Positions 15,848 to 24,099 of a stretch of DNA of 24,099 nucleotides are shown piece after piece (the stretch's first letter is position 1; each line of letters begins with the position of its first letter). Location: the NCBI GenBank assembly GCA_031459625.1, contig JAVKIH010000030.1, positions 1 through 24,099 of the forward strand. Reading direction: 5' to 3'. Both the position numbers and the translations under genes were made by a program. The notes beneath the pieces are model-generated. The model worked only from the letters and a program-made list of their open reading frames with translations. It searched no databases and was not told the DNA's origin. Source of the stretch: Candidatus Geohabitans tengchongensis. Its GTDB lineage: Bacteria; Sysuimicrobiota; Sysuimicrobiia; Sysuimicrobiales; Humicultoraceae.

Positions 15848-17859
15848 AGGCGGGCGCGGAGCAGGTTCTGATCCTGGCCATCGATGTGGGCGGGACGTTT
15901 ACGGATGTCGTCGGGCTCGATGCGGACGGCCAGCTTCGCGTGGAGAAGATCCTCACGACCCCCGACGATCAAGCCGCCGGCGCTGTCACCGGCGCGCGGA
16001 CGCTGGCCGGTTCCCTCGAGGGTGTCACGACGATCGTGCACGGCACAACAGTGGCCACGAACGCGATTCTCGAGCGCAAGGGCGCCCGGACCGCCGTCGT
16101 CACCACGTGGGGGTTTCGGGACGTCCTGGAGTTCCAGACCCAGGAGCGCACCGACATCTGGGATCTCTTCTACCGCAAACCCGAGCCTCTCGTCCCTCGG
16201 GACCTGCGGTTCGAGGTCCGCGAGCGCATGGCCGCCGACGGCCGTGTCGTGCATCCCCTCGACCCCGCCTCCCTCGCCCGGGTCCTCAGAGCCCTCCGCC
16301 GGGCCAGGCCACAGTCCGTGGTCGTCGCGTTCCTCAACAGCTACCGCAACCCCGCCCACGAGCGGGCGGCCCGCGCCGCCATCGCTGACGCGCTGCCGGG
16401 GGTGTACGTCAGTGCCTCGGCCGACGTCCTCCCGCGCTTCCGCGAGTACGACCGGTTCAGCACCGCCGTGCTCAATGGGTACGTCGCTCCGGTCGTCCAA
16501 GGGTACCTCCAGAGCTTTGCCCACCTCTTCCGCGCGGCGGGCTTCCGGGGGGAGGTCCTCCTCATGCAGTCCAATGGCGGCGTGCTCCCCGCCAGGGCCG
16601 CCGCTGAGCTCGCCGTCTGGACCTGTCTCTCCGGCCCCGCCGGAGGCGTGCTGGGTGCGGTGGCTCTGGGACGGCTCCTCGGTGAGAGCCACCTGATCAC
16701 CTTCGACATGGGCGGCACCAGCACGGATGTCTGCCTGATCACCGGGGGGCGACCTGAGGTGGCCATGCGCTCGAGCCTCAACGGCTACCCGGTCGCGCTG
16801 CCGATGTTCAACATCCTCACGATAGGCGCAGGGGGAGGGTCCCTGGCCTGGGTGGACCCGGGGGGGTTCCTGCAGGTCGGCCCCCAGAGTGCCGGGGCCC
16901 ACCCCGGGCCCGCGTGCTATGGCCGTGGGGGAGAGCACCCCACCGTCACCGACGCGAACTGCGCCCTGGGCATCCTCCGCCCCGGTCGCCTGCTGGGCGG
17001 GCACCTCTCCCTCGACGGCGACGCAGCACGTCGAAGCCTGAGACCCATCGCTCAGCGTCTCGATCTGCCGGTCGAGGAGACCGCCGAGGCGGTGCGGCGG
17101 ATTGCGGACGCCCGCATGGCGCAGGCCGTTCGCCTGGTGTCCGTCGACCAGGGATACGATCCGCGTCGCTACACCATGATGGCCTTCGGGGGAGCCGGCC
17201 CCTTGCACGCGGCAGCCGTCGCCGAGGACGTGGGGATCCGGCGCGTCGTCATCCCGGCCTTCCCCGGGGCGTTCTCGGCCTACGGGCTGCTCTGTGCGGA
17301 CTTCCTACGGGAGTACGAACGCACCGTCCTGGCCGGCGACTCGCTGACCTCCGACGGTCTCAGGAGGATCCTGCAGGATCTCGCCCGGCAGGCGCAAGAC
17401 GACTTTGCGCAGTGGGGGGTCGACGGGCGCCCGGAGGTCGCCTTCGCCCTCGACATGCGATACGAAGGCCAGGCCTACGAACTCCCGATCCTCGTCGACC
17501 CGGACCGGCTCGAGGACGCCGTCCAGCGCTTCCACCACGCCCACCAGACTCGCTTCGGCTTCGCCGAATCAGAGTCCCGGGTGGAGGTCGTGAACGCCCG
17601 GGTGCAGGCGCGCGTGCGCCGCCATCCCCCCAGACTGCAGGCCGACCTGGCCCACGACCGCCCCCCGGAGGCGGAAGGCGTGGTCCGACACCAGCGACCT
17701 CTGACGTGCCGGTTCCTCCCCAGAGCCGCCGTCCCCACGACGGGGTCGCTCGAGGGACCCGTGGTGGTCGAGGAACGGACCGCGACCACCTGGGTGCCCC
17801 CCGGGTGGGGCGCCCGGCGCCTCGAAGGCGGGCACCTCCTGCTGGAACGGAGGACGTAG
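15844..17859 (+). CDS. Hydantoinase A/oxoprolinase family protein (HyuA-like, ATP-binding subunit)
   Basis: IDVGGTFTD, HGTTVATNA, SGPAGG, DMGGTSTD, IGAGGGS, SAGAHPGPACYGRGG.PTVTDAN and FGGAGPLH. The GTG start overlaps the upstream stop (GTGA). Confidence 0.93.
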   Translation: MKAGAEQVLILAIDVGGTFTDVVGLDADGQLRVEKILTTPDDQAAGAVTGARTLAGSLEGVTTIVHGTTVATNAILERKGARTAVVTTWGFRDVLEFQTQERTDIWDLFYRKPEPLVPRDLRFEVRERMAADGRVVHPLDPASLARVLRALRRARPQSVVVAFLNSYRNPAHERAARAAIADALPGVYVSASADVLPRFREYDRFSTAVLNGYVAPVVQGYLQSFAHLFRAAGFRGEVLLMQSNGGVLPARAAAELAVWTCLSGPAGGVLGAVALGRLLGESHLITFDMGGTSTDVCLITGGRPEVAMRSSLNGYPVALPMFNILTIGAGGGSLAWVDPGGFLQVGPQSAGAHPGPACYGRGGEHPTVTDANCALGILRPGRLLGGHLSLDGDAARRSLRPIAQRLDLPVEETAEAVRRIADARMAQAVRLVSVDQGYDPRRYTMMAFGGAGPLHAAAVAEDVGIRRVVIPAFPGAFSAYGLLCADFLREYERTVLAGDSLTSDGLRRILQDLARQAQDDFAQWGVDGRPEVAFALDMRYEGQAYELPILVDPDRLEDAVQRFHHAHQTRFGFAESESRVEVVNARVQARVRRHPPRLQADLAHDRPPEAEGVVRHQRPLTCRFLPRAAVPTTGSLEGPVVVEERTATTWVPPGWGARRLEGGHLLLERRT

Positions 17860-17861
17860 GC

Positions 17862-18596
17862 ATGTACGCTCGCGCGGGACGCCTGGGGCTGATCGTGCTC
17901 GAAAGCGATCAAGTCCTCGAACCGGAGATGCGCCGGGCGCTCCCCGAGGACGTCGACTACCATGTCGCCCGGGTCCGCTACACGGGGGTCCACGACGCCG
18001 GACTCGCCGCCGCCACCCGGGGGGTGGCGGGGGCGATCCGGACCCTGTTGCCTGTCCACCCCGACGTGATCGTGTGGGCGTGCACCAGTGCGAGCTTCTA
18101 CCGGGGACGGCGGGGCCATGAGATCCTGCTCAAACGCCTCGCGCTGCTCGCTCGTGGGGTGCCCACCCTCACGGCCTCGGCGGCGGTGGTTCGCACGCTC
18201 CATCGCCTGCGGGCGGTCCGGCTGGGCGTCGTGGCCCCCTATCCACCGGAGATCAACGCACGCCTCACCACCTTCCTCCAGGAGGAAGGCTTCGTGGTCG
18301 AGCGCCTGCTCGGCCTGTATGACTCCGCCGTGGACGACGACACCCTCCAACGGACCCCCGGGCCGCGCCTTCGGGAGGCCATCGAGACCGCGGCTCGTGA
18401 TGTCGACGCGGTGCTGGTGAGCTGCACGGGCCTGGTGACCCTCCCGCTGCTGGATGCCGTCACTGAAGCCGTGGGGCGGCCCGTGGTGAGCAGCAACGCG
18501 GCCATCCTGGCCGAGGCCCTGGCGGTGCTGCCCTCCCCCGGGCCGGTTCGCGGATTCCACGCCCTCTTACGGGCGCTGGCTCTGCCGGCCGCATGA
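17862..18596 (+). CDS. Asp/Glu racemase-maleate isomerase family protein (EutA/AMDase-like, two catalytic Cys)
   Basis: RLGLIV, WACTSASF, VVAPYP, LVSCTGL and PVVSSN. ATG at 17862 after GGAGG. Confidence 0.88.
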   Translation: MYARAGRLGLIVLESDQVLEPEMRRALPEDVDYHVARVRYTGVHDAGLAAATRGVAGAIRTLLPVHPDVIVWACTSASFYRGRRGHEILLKRLALLARGVPTLTASAAVVRTLHRLRAVRLGVVAPYPPEINARLTTFLQEEGFVVERLLGLYDSAVDDDTLQRTPGPRLREAIETAARDVDAVLVSCTGLVTLPLLDAVTEAVGRPVVSSNAAILAEALAVLPSPGPVRGFHALLRALALPAA

Positions 18597-19828
18597 GCGC
18601 CGGAACACCTGGCCGATCCCGCGCCGGCGTTGCCGGCCGCAGCGCCGAGAGTGCCCGACGGCGCCTCCTCCGCGACCTGGCCCAGCTGGTGCGTATTCCG
18701 AGCCCCTCCGGTGGCGAGGCACGGATCGGTCGGTGGATGGCCAGGCGGCTGCGGGAGATGGGGCTCGAGGTCCAGCTGCAACGCGTGGGCGAGCGCTTCA
18801 ACGTCCTGGGCCGGCTGCCCGTCGGCACTGGCCGCGGTCCCACCGTCATGCTCAATGGTCACCTCGACACCCTGCCGCTCCCGCCGGGATGGCGGACCGC
18901 GCCCTACCGCCTCCGCGTGCGCCGGGACGAGCTCATCGGCGCCGGCGTGAACAACATGAAGGCGGCCCTGGCGGCCTACCTTGAGGCCATCCGCCGGCTC
19001 CACCGCGTCCCTCGTGGAGCCTCCGGGACGGTCCTGCTGGCTGCGGTGGTGAGCGAGTGCGATGCCCTCGGGCTGGGCACCCGTGCCCTCCTGGCTGCCG
19101 GCATCCGGGCGGATTGGGCCATCGTGGGTGAGCCCACCGCCCTGACCGTCTTGACGGCGCACGGAGGCGTGACGCAGGTCCGGGTGGTCGTGGAAGGGCG
19201 CTCGGCTCACGTCTCCCAGCGCGCGTCGGGCCGCAACGCCGTCGAGGCCATGGTCCGCATGCTGTCGGGGCTGGATGCGTCCGTGCTTCGGTATCGGCCG
19301 CACCCCTCGTTCCCCGGACTCCCGACCCTGAACATCGGTGTCCTCCGGGGGGGCACCCTGCCGTCCATGCTGGCAGAGCGGTGCGAAGCCCTGATCGACG
19401 TCCGGACGGTCCCAGGGATGACGCCGCACTCGGTGCGCCGAGACCTGCTGCACCACTTGAGGCCCGCCGCCCACCGTGCCCGGGTGCGCGTGGAGGTGGT
19501 CCTGAGCGAACCGCCCGCGTTCTGCCAGCAGTACCCCTTCCTCGTCCCGGCAACCTCGCCGGTCGTGCGCGCTGTCGTCGCGGCGCACCGCCATGTCGTC
19601 GGCCGCACCCCGCGCGTAGGGGCCTGGCAGCCGCTGGTCTTCTACGGCACGGACGGATCCCACCTCGCCCGGGCGGGCATCCCCGTGGCCATCTACGGCC
19701 CTGGGACCACGGCGCAGGTGAATCGCCCGGAAGAGTCGATGGCGCTCTCCGACGTCCTCGCAGCGGCAGAAGTCTACTACCTCGCCCTGCGAGGGCTCCT
19801 GGGCGGGGACCCGCCGGAGGCCGGTTGA
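18593..19828 (+). CDS. M20 family metallohydrolase (ArgE/DapE-like) with atypical metal ligands
   Basis: LVRIPSPSGGE, LNGHLDT, GAGVNNMK, IVGEPT, GRSAH, DVRTVPG, GTDG and YGPG. ATGA overlap with the upstream gene. Confidence 0.88.
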   Translation: MSAGTPGRSRAGVAGRSAESARRRLLRDLAQLVRIPSPSGGEARIGRWMARRLREMGLEVQLQRVGERFNVLGRLPVGTGRGPTVMLNGHLDTLPLPPGWRTAPYRLRVRRDELIGAGVNNMKAALAAYLEAIRRLHRVPRGASGTVLLAAVVSECDALGLGTRALLAAGIRADWAIVGEPTALTVLTAHGGVTQVRVVVEGRSAHVSQRASGRNAVEAMVRMLSGLDASVLRYRPHPSFPGLPTLNIGVLRGGTLPSMLAERCEALIDVRTVPGMTPHSVRRDLLHHLRPAAHRARVRVEVVLSEPPAFCQQYPFLVPATSPVVRAVVAAHRHVVGRTPRVGAWQPLVFYGTDGSHLARAGIPVAIYGPGTTAQVNRPEESMALSDVLAAAEVYYLALRGLLGGDPPEAG

Positions 19829-19833
19829 ACGCC

Positions 19834-20844
19834 ATGGGGGTGGGGGCGGACCTCCGGGCCCGGCTCAGCAGCCTGCCGCGCCTGGGTCTCCTCCCGGGCC
19901 CCACGCTCCTGGAGCCCCTGCCGCGGCTGTCGGCGGAGCTCGGCCGCGAGGTGTGGATCAAGCGGGAAGACCTGACGCCGATCGGCCTGGGCGGCAACAA
20001 GGTCCGAAAGCTCGACCTCATCCTCGGCGAGGACCGCCGCGCCGACCTGGTGATCACCCGGGGAGGCCTCCAGTCCAACCATTGCCGCCTCACCGCGGCG
20101 GTGGCCGCCCGGCTCGGCATCGCGTGCGCGCTCGTCCTCACCGGCAGCCGCCCTCAGGACCTTCGGGGCAACCTCCTGCTCTCGCACCTGTTCGGCGCAC
20201 GCGTCCACTACCTGGGCGAGGCCCCCGACGCCGAAGCGGACGAGGCCATGGAGGCCCTGGCCCGCGCCCACCGGGAGCACGGCGGTCGCCCCGCAGTCGT
20301 GCCGCTGGGAGGAGCAAACCCCCTTGGAGTCCTGGCCTACCTGGAGTGCGCGCTGGAGCTGGCGGACCAGTGCGCCGAGCGGGGGCTTCGTCCCTCCGCT
20401 GTCATCGTGGCGGTGGGCACCGGATCGACCTGTGCCGGTCTCGCCCTGGGCGTCGCGGCGGCGCTCCCCGACTGCCAGGTGGTGGGCATCAGCGTGAGCC
20501 GGTCTCGAGAGCGGCTGCTTCGAGAGATCCCCACACTCGCGGCCGCCGGGTGGGCCCGGTTGGGCGAGGAGACACCCGTCCAGGCGGCTGTGCAGGTCTA
20601 CGACGACTACATCGGGCCCGGCTACGCCCGACCCTCGGATGCGGGGCTTGACGCGATCCGGCGTCTGGCGCGGCTCGACGGCCTCCTGGTCGACTCCACC
20701 TACACGGGCAAAGCCCTCGCCGGACTGGTGGACCTCTGCCGCCGGCGTGCCCTGCCCTCCGCTGGGCCCGTCGTCTTCGTCCACACCGGAGGCGTGCCTG
20801 AACTCTTTGCCCTCGACCCCTCGGCCTTGCTCGGGAGGATGTGA
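19834..20844 (+). CDS. D-cysteine desulfhydrase/cysteate sulfo-lyase family PLP enzyme (ACC deaminase superfamily)
   Basis: WIKREDL, GGNKVRKL (PLP lysine), QSNHCR, GTGST, GPGY, D.TYTGK and FVHTGG. ATG at 19834. Confidence 0.9.
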   Translation: MGVGADLRARLSSLPRLGLLPGPTLLEPLPRLSAELGREVWIKREDLTPIGLGGNKVRKLDLILGEDRRADLVITRGGLQSNHCRLTAAVAARLGIACALVLTGSRPQDLRGNLLLSHLFGARVHYLGEAPDAEADEAMEALARAHREHGGRPAVVPLGGANPLGVLAYLECALELADQCAERGLRPSAVIVAVGTGSTCAGLALGVAAALPDCQVVGISVSRSRERLLREIPTLAAAGWARLGEETPVQAAVQVYDDYIGPGYARPSDAGLDAIRRLARLDGLLVDSTYTGKALAGLVDLCRRRALPSAGPVVFVHTGGVPELFALDPSALLGRM

Positions 20845-23800
20845 CTAGGGAGGTGTTGCGGGTGACGGCGCCGCTCCCTGCAGCCGCCCGTCGACTTCCC
20901 GCACGAAGTAAGTCGCGCCCATCTCCTGGAAGATCCCCCGCGCCCGCAGGAGCGGCCCTACCGCCCGCTCCGCCTCCCCCACCAGGAGCAGCGCCTCGCC
21001 GTACTTCAGCAACGTGAGCGCCAGGTCGATGCGGAAGTCCTCCTGCTCCAGCGTCTCCAGGGCCCCCCGGAAGAGCGCCTCTGCCTCCTCCCCCCTCCCC
21101 TGCGCCGCCCGCACCTTGCCCAGCGTGGCGCTGAAGGTGGCGCGGGCGATCTGGTCCTTCTGCACCAGCGCGAGCGCCTTCTCCGCCAGGTCCGCTGCCT
21201 GGACGACGTCCCCGCGGGCCAGCGCCACCTCCGCCAGCCCGCGCAGGGCCATGGGCGACTCGGTCCCGGCGTGCTGCCGGATCAGGCGCTCTGTCTCCTC
21301 CAGCTCCCGCTGCGCCTCGTCCAGGTAGCCGTAGCGCAGGTAGTGCATGCCCAGGTGCCGGTGGGCCGCCGCCTGGTAGAGCGGGTCGCCGAGCTCCTGC
21401 CGCGCCCGGGTCGCCGCCCGGTAGAGGCGGACGGCCTCCTCGTGGTCGCCGGTGAGGTGGGCCACGATCCCCAGGCTGAGCAGCGTCGAGGGCTCGCTGA
21501 GCCGCTCGCGGTGCGTCCGGCCGAGCGCCAGCGCCTCGGTGAGCACCGCCTTGGCCTGCGCCAGCGGCGCGCCGCTCGTGATCAGCGAGCGCCCCAGCCA
21601 CGCCGTGGCCCGCGCCACCCCCTGCCCGTCCCCCAGCTCCCGGTAGAGCTCGATGGCCTTGCGGTAGGCCTTCTGGGCGCGGCCGGGGTTCTCGCGCAGG
21701 TCGTCCACCACGTTGCCGAACCACTCCAGCGCCTCGGCCTCCCCCTGCCGGTCCTCCAGGGCGCGGAAGAGCTCCAGGGCCCGGTTCACCGCCTCCTCCG
21801 CCCCCTCCAGGTCGCTCCGGTCGTACATGGCGAAGGCCCGGTTCAGCCAGGCCCGCGCCACCAGGTCCTCGCGGCCCACCGGCGGAGCGAGACGCAGGAC
21901 CGTGTCGGTGTCCTCGAGGACCGTGGCCGGGTCGGTCATCCACTTGGCCACCTCGGCGTGGTCGGTGAGGAGCTTCACCAGCAGCTCCTGGTCGGCGTCG
22001 AGCCCTGTGCTGCGGACGATGGCCAGCGCCCGCTCGAAGAGGCGGCGCGCCTCCGGCAGGGTGCGCAGCGCCTTCGCCCGCTGGCCCGCGCGGCGCAGCG
22101 CCTCGACCGCCCGGCGGGCCGGCGCCTCACTGCGGTCCCCGGTCTCGAAGCGGTACCGCCACGCCTGCTCGTAGTGGTGGGCCAGCACCTCCAGGTGCTC
22201 GTCCAGGTTCTCGACGGCCACCCGCTCCAGCCAGGTGGCGAAGCGCTGGTGCGCCTCGCTGCGTGCCGCCTTCGGCAGCGACGCGTGGGCCACCTCGCGC
22301 ACGAGCGCGTGCTTGAACCTGAACTCCCGCTCCCCGGCCAGGTGCGCGGTGGGCAGTTCCTCCACGAGCTCGCGCTCCTGCAGCCGCTCCAGCGCCACCG
22401 CCGCCTCCCGCAGGCTAAACGCCCCGGCGGCCGCCACCCCGCCCAGCCAGAAGATGCGGCCGACCACCGAGGCCACCTGGGCCACGCGCTTCTCCAGCGG
22501 CGAGAGGAGGTCGAGGCGCGAGGCCAGGATGCCGTGGATGGTGTCGGGAAGGCGGATCTCGACGGGGTGCGTGGCCGCCCAGCGCCAGCGGACGGCGGCG
22601 GGAGCTCCCGGAGCCGGGCCGGGCACCTCCTCCCGCACCAGGTCACCCGCGTCGATGAGCATGCGCAGGATCTCCTCGATGAAGTAGGGGTTCCCCTCGG
22701 CGCGGGCCAGCACGGCTTCCCGGACGTCCGGCGGCAGGTCGTCCCCCTGCAGGAGCGCGCCGAGCAGGCGACGGCTGTACGCCGTGGAGAGCGGGGAGAG
22801 CGAGACCGCCACATAGTTGCGCACCCGTCCCCCCCAGCCCGGATGGCGCTCCAGGAACTCCGGCCGGGCCAGGCAGAGGGTGAGGATCGGCGCGTCGAGG
22901 CCCCGCACCGCCAGCGTTTCGAGAAGGTCGAGCAGGCTCTCCTCGGCCCAATGGAGGTCCTCGAAGAGGAGCAGGAGCGGCCCTTGCTGCGCCTTGGCCA
23001 GCAGGAAGGTCCGCCAGGCCCGGGCCAGCTCGTCCCCGGCCCGGCGCTGCCCCTCGGTCTCGGCCTGGGGCTGTCGAACCGCTGACGGGCGTCCCTCGAC
23101 CACCTGCTTGAGGGCGGCCAGCCGCTCCCGCCAGAGCGCCTCATAGTGCTGGGGGAGGCGAACGCCCAGCAGCGCGGCCAGCTCGGCAGCCGTCCGGTCG
23201 GTCTCCTCCGTGCCGGCATGGGGCTCAACGACGCGCTGGACGCCGGCAACGAGTTTCTGGGCGGCCACCTCGGCGGGGTCGTTGTCCTTGATGCCGCACT
23301 CCTGCTTGAGCATCTCCACCAGGGGCCAGTAGGTCAGGCCCTCGCCGTAGGCCGGGCAGCGGCCCCGCAGGACCTGGGGCGGAGGCACGACCCTGGGCAC
23401 CTCCTCGCTGTCAGCCCCGGCGGTCGCGTGGGGCGCTGGGGCGGCTAACCCGGTCGCCTCGGCCGCGGCAGCCTGCAGGCGTTCCACGAGCTCCTGGGCC
23501 AGCCGGCTCTTCCCCACGCCCGCGGGACCGATGACGGTGACGAGGTGGTGCTTGCGGTCCTCCACGACCCGGCGGTAGAGGACCTGCAGCACCTCCATCT
23601 CGTCCTGCCGGCCCACGAGCGGTGCCCGGAGCCCCTTGACCGCCGGACGGCCAGGCGCCCGGCGCTCCAGGACCTCGACCACCCGGTAGCGGGCCACGCC
23701 CGGGAAGTCTCCGTCCTGCGGCGCCGGCAGGGCTTCGTAGCGCACCGTGGCCACCGTCATGTCGTGGGTGCGGTCGTCCACGACGATGGCCCCCGGCACC

Positions 23801-24099
23801 CCGCCCTGCTGCAGCCGGGCGGCCAGGTTCACCGCCTCGCCCGTGACCATGAATTGTCCACTGCCGGATGCGGCGGCTGTCGAGTCGGCGACCACCTCCC
23901 CCGTCGCGATCCCGATCCTGATCTGGAGATCGGCACCCTGCCGCGCATTTACAGTGGCCAGGCGGCGGCACATCGCCCAGGCCGCCCGGACCGCCCGCTC
24001 GGGGTCGTCCTCGTGGGCCACCGGCAAGCCGAAGACGGCCATCACGGCGTCTCCGACGAACTTCTCCACCGTGCCGCCGTACCGTTCGATCTCCCCGCG
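20845..24099 (-). CDS. Class III adenylate/guanylate cyclase-STAND (AAA) ATPase-TPR protein, 5' end outside the window
   Basis: Open from the window edge (RGEIERYGGTVEKFVGDAVMAVFG). GEAVNLAARLQ (cyclase), LVGR..E, Walker A GPAGVGKS, Walker B LLFEDLHWA, AEGNPYF, FKHALVREVA and C-terminal TPR-like helical repeats. Confidence 0.93.
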   Translation of the reverse strand, partial: RGEIERYGGTVEKFVGDAVMAVFGLPVAHEDDPERAVRAAWAMCRRLATVNARQGADLQIRIGIATGEVVADSTAAASGSGQFMVTGEAVNLAARLQQGGVPGAIVVDDRTHDMTVATVRYEALPAPQDGDFPGVARYRVVEVLERRAPGRPAVKGLRAPLVGRQDEMEVLQVLYRRVVEDRKHHLVTVIGPAGVGKSRLAQELVERLQAAAAEATGLAAPAPHATAGADSEEVPRVVPPPQVLRGRCPAYGEGLTYWPLVEMLKQECGIKDNDPAEVAAQKLVAGVQRVVEPHAGTEETDRTAAELAALLGVRLPQHYEALWRERLAALKQVVEGRPSAVRQPQAETEGQRRAGDELARAWRTFLLAKAQQGPLLLLFEDLHWAEESLLDLLETLAVRGLDAPILTLCLARPEFLERHPGWGGRVRNYVAVSLSPLSTAYSRRLLGALLQGDDLPPDVREAVLARAEGNPYFIEEILRMLIDAGDLVREEVPGPAPGAPAAVRWRWAATHPVEIRLPDTIHGILASRLDLLSPLEKRVAQVASVVGRIFWLGGVAAAGAFSLREAAVALERLQERELVEELPTAHLAGEREFRFKHALVREVAHASLPKAARSEAHQRFATWLERVAVENLDEHLEVLAHHYEQAWRYRFETGDRSEAPARRAVEALRRAGQRAKALRTLPEARRLFERALAIVRSTGLDADQELLVKLLTDHAEVAKWMTDPATVLEDTDTVLRLAPPVGREDLVARAWLNRAFAMYDRSDLEGAEEAVNRALELFRALEDRQGEAEALEWFGNVVDDLRENPGRAQKAYRKAIELYRELGDGQGVARATAWLGRSLITSGAPLAQAKAVLTEALALGRTHRERLSEPSTLLSLGIVAHLTGDHEEAVRLYRAATRARQELGDPLYQAAAHRHLGMHYLRYGYLDEAQRELEETERLIRQHAGTESPMALRGLAEVALARGDVVQAADLAEKALALVQKDQIARATFSATLGKVRAAQGRGEEAEALFRGALETLEQEDFRIDLALTLLKYGEALLLVGEAERAVGPLLRARGIFQEMGATYFVREVDGRLQGAAPSPATPP

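Noticed and set aside
14171..17859. Acetone or acetophenone carboxylase call
   Set aside because: No gamma or other accessory subunits, and the amino-acid transporter and amidohydrolase context favours amide/lactam hydrolysis.
15112..19833. Apparent N-terminal extensions on hydantoinase A (from 15112), racemase (from 16914) and PLP lyase (from 19381)
   Set aside because: Each overlaps the preceding gene out of frame. Starts at 15844, 17862 and 19834 match the domain boundaries.
98..23249. Many long alternative ORFs (e.g. 2514..4112+, 5155..6513+, 7894..9447+, 11698..13335-, 15742..17208-, 21271..23085+)
   Set aside because: They are antisense or shifted shadows of well-supported genes, expected at high GC where stops are rare. 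They are Arg/Pro/Gly-rich or mirror translations with no recognisable motifs.

Overview
Very GC-rich bacterial DNA with dense coding, no RNA genes, no CRISPR and no intact mobile element. From left to right: (1) the 3' part of a dual-specificity phosphatase resembling the SEX4/laforin glucan phosphatases, and an orphan iolB; (2) a minus-strand run of MmgE/PrpD protein, acyl-CoA dehydrogenase and MaoC hydratase (resembling itaconate/methylsuccinate clusters), then a Mn/Zn/Fe ABC transporter whose permease is fused to a DtxR/MntR-FeoA module, then the copper nitrite reductase nirK; (3) a nucleotidyltransferase gene remnant, a small hypothetical gene and an F420-dependent LLM oxidoreductase; (4) an MFS gene remnant followed by a ~10 kb nine-gene plus-strand catabolic operon (RpiR regulator, polar amino-acid ABC transporter, hydantoinase/oxoprolinase B and A, two-cysteine racemase/isomerase, M20 hydrolase with altered metal ligands, D-cysteine-desulfhydrase-type PLP lyase) that I cannot match to a characterised pathway and that may be an acquired block; (5) a convergent, 5'-truncated adenylate cyclase-STAND ATPase-TPR gene. 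The best candidates for undescribed biology are the hydantoinase operon, the permease-DtxR fusion and the glucan-phosphatase-like enzyme. All family calls come from motif recognition by eye; no database search was run.
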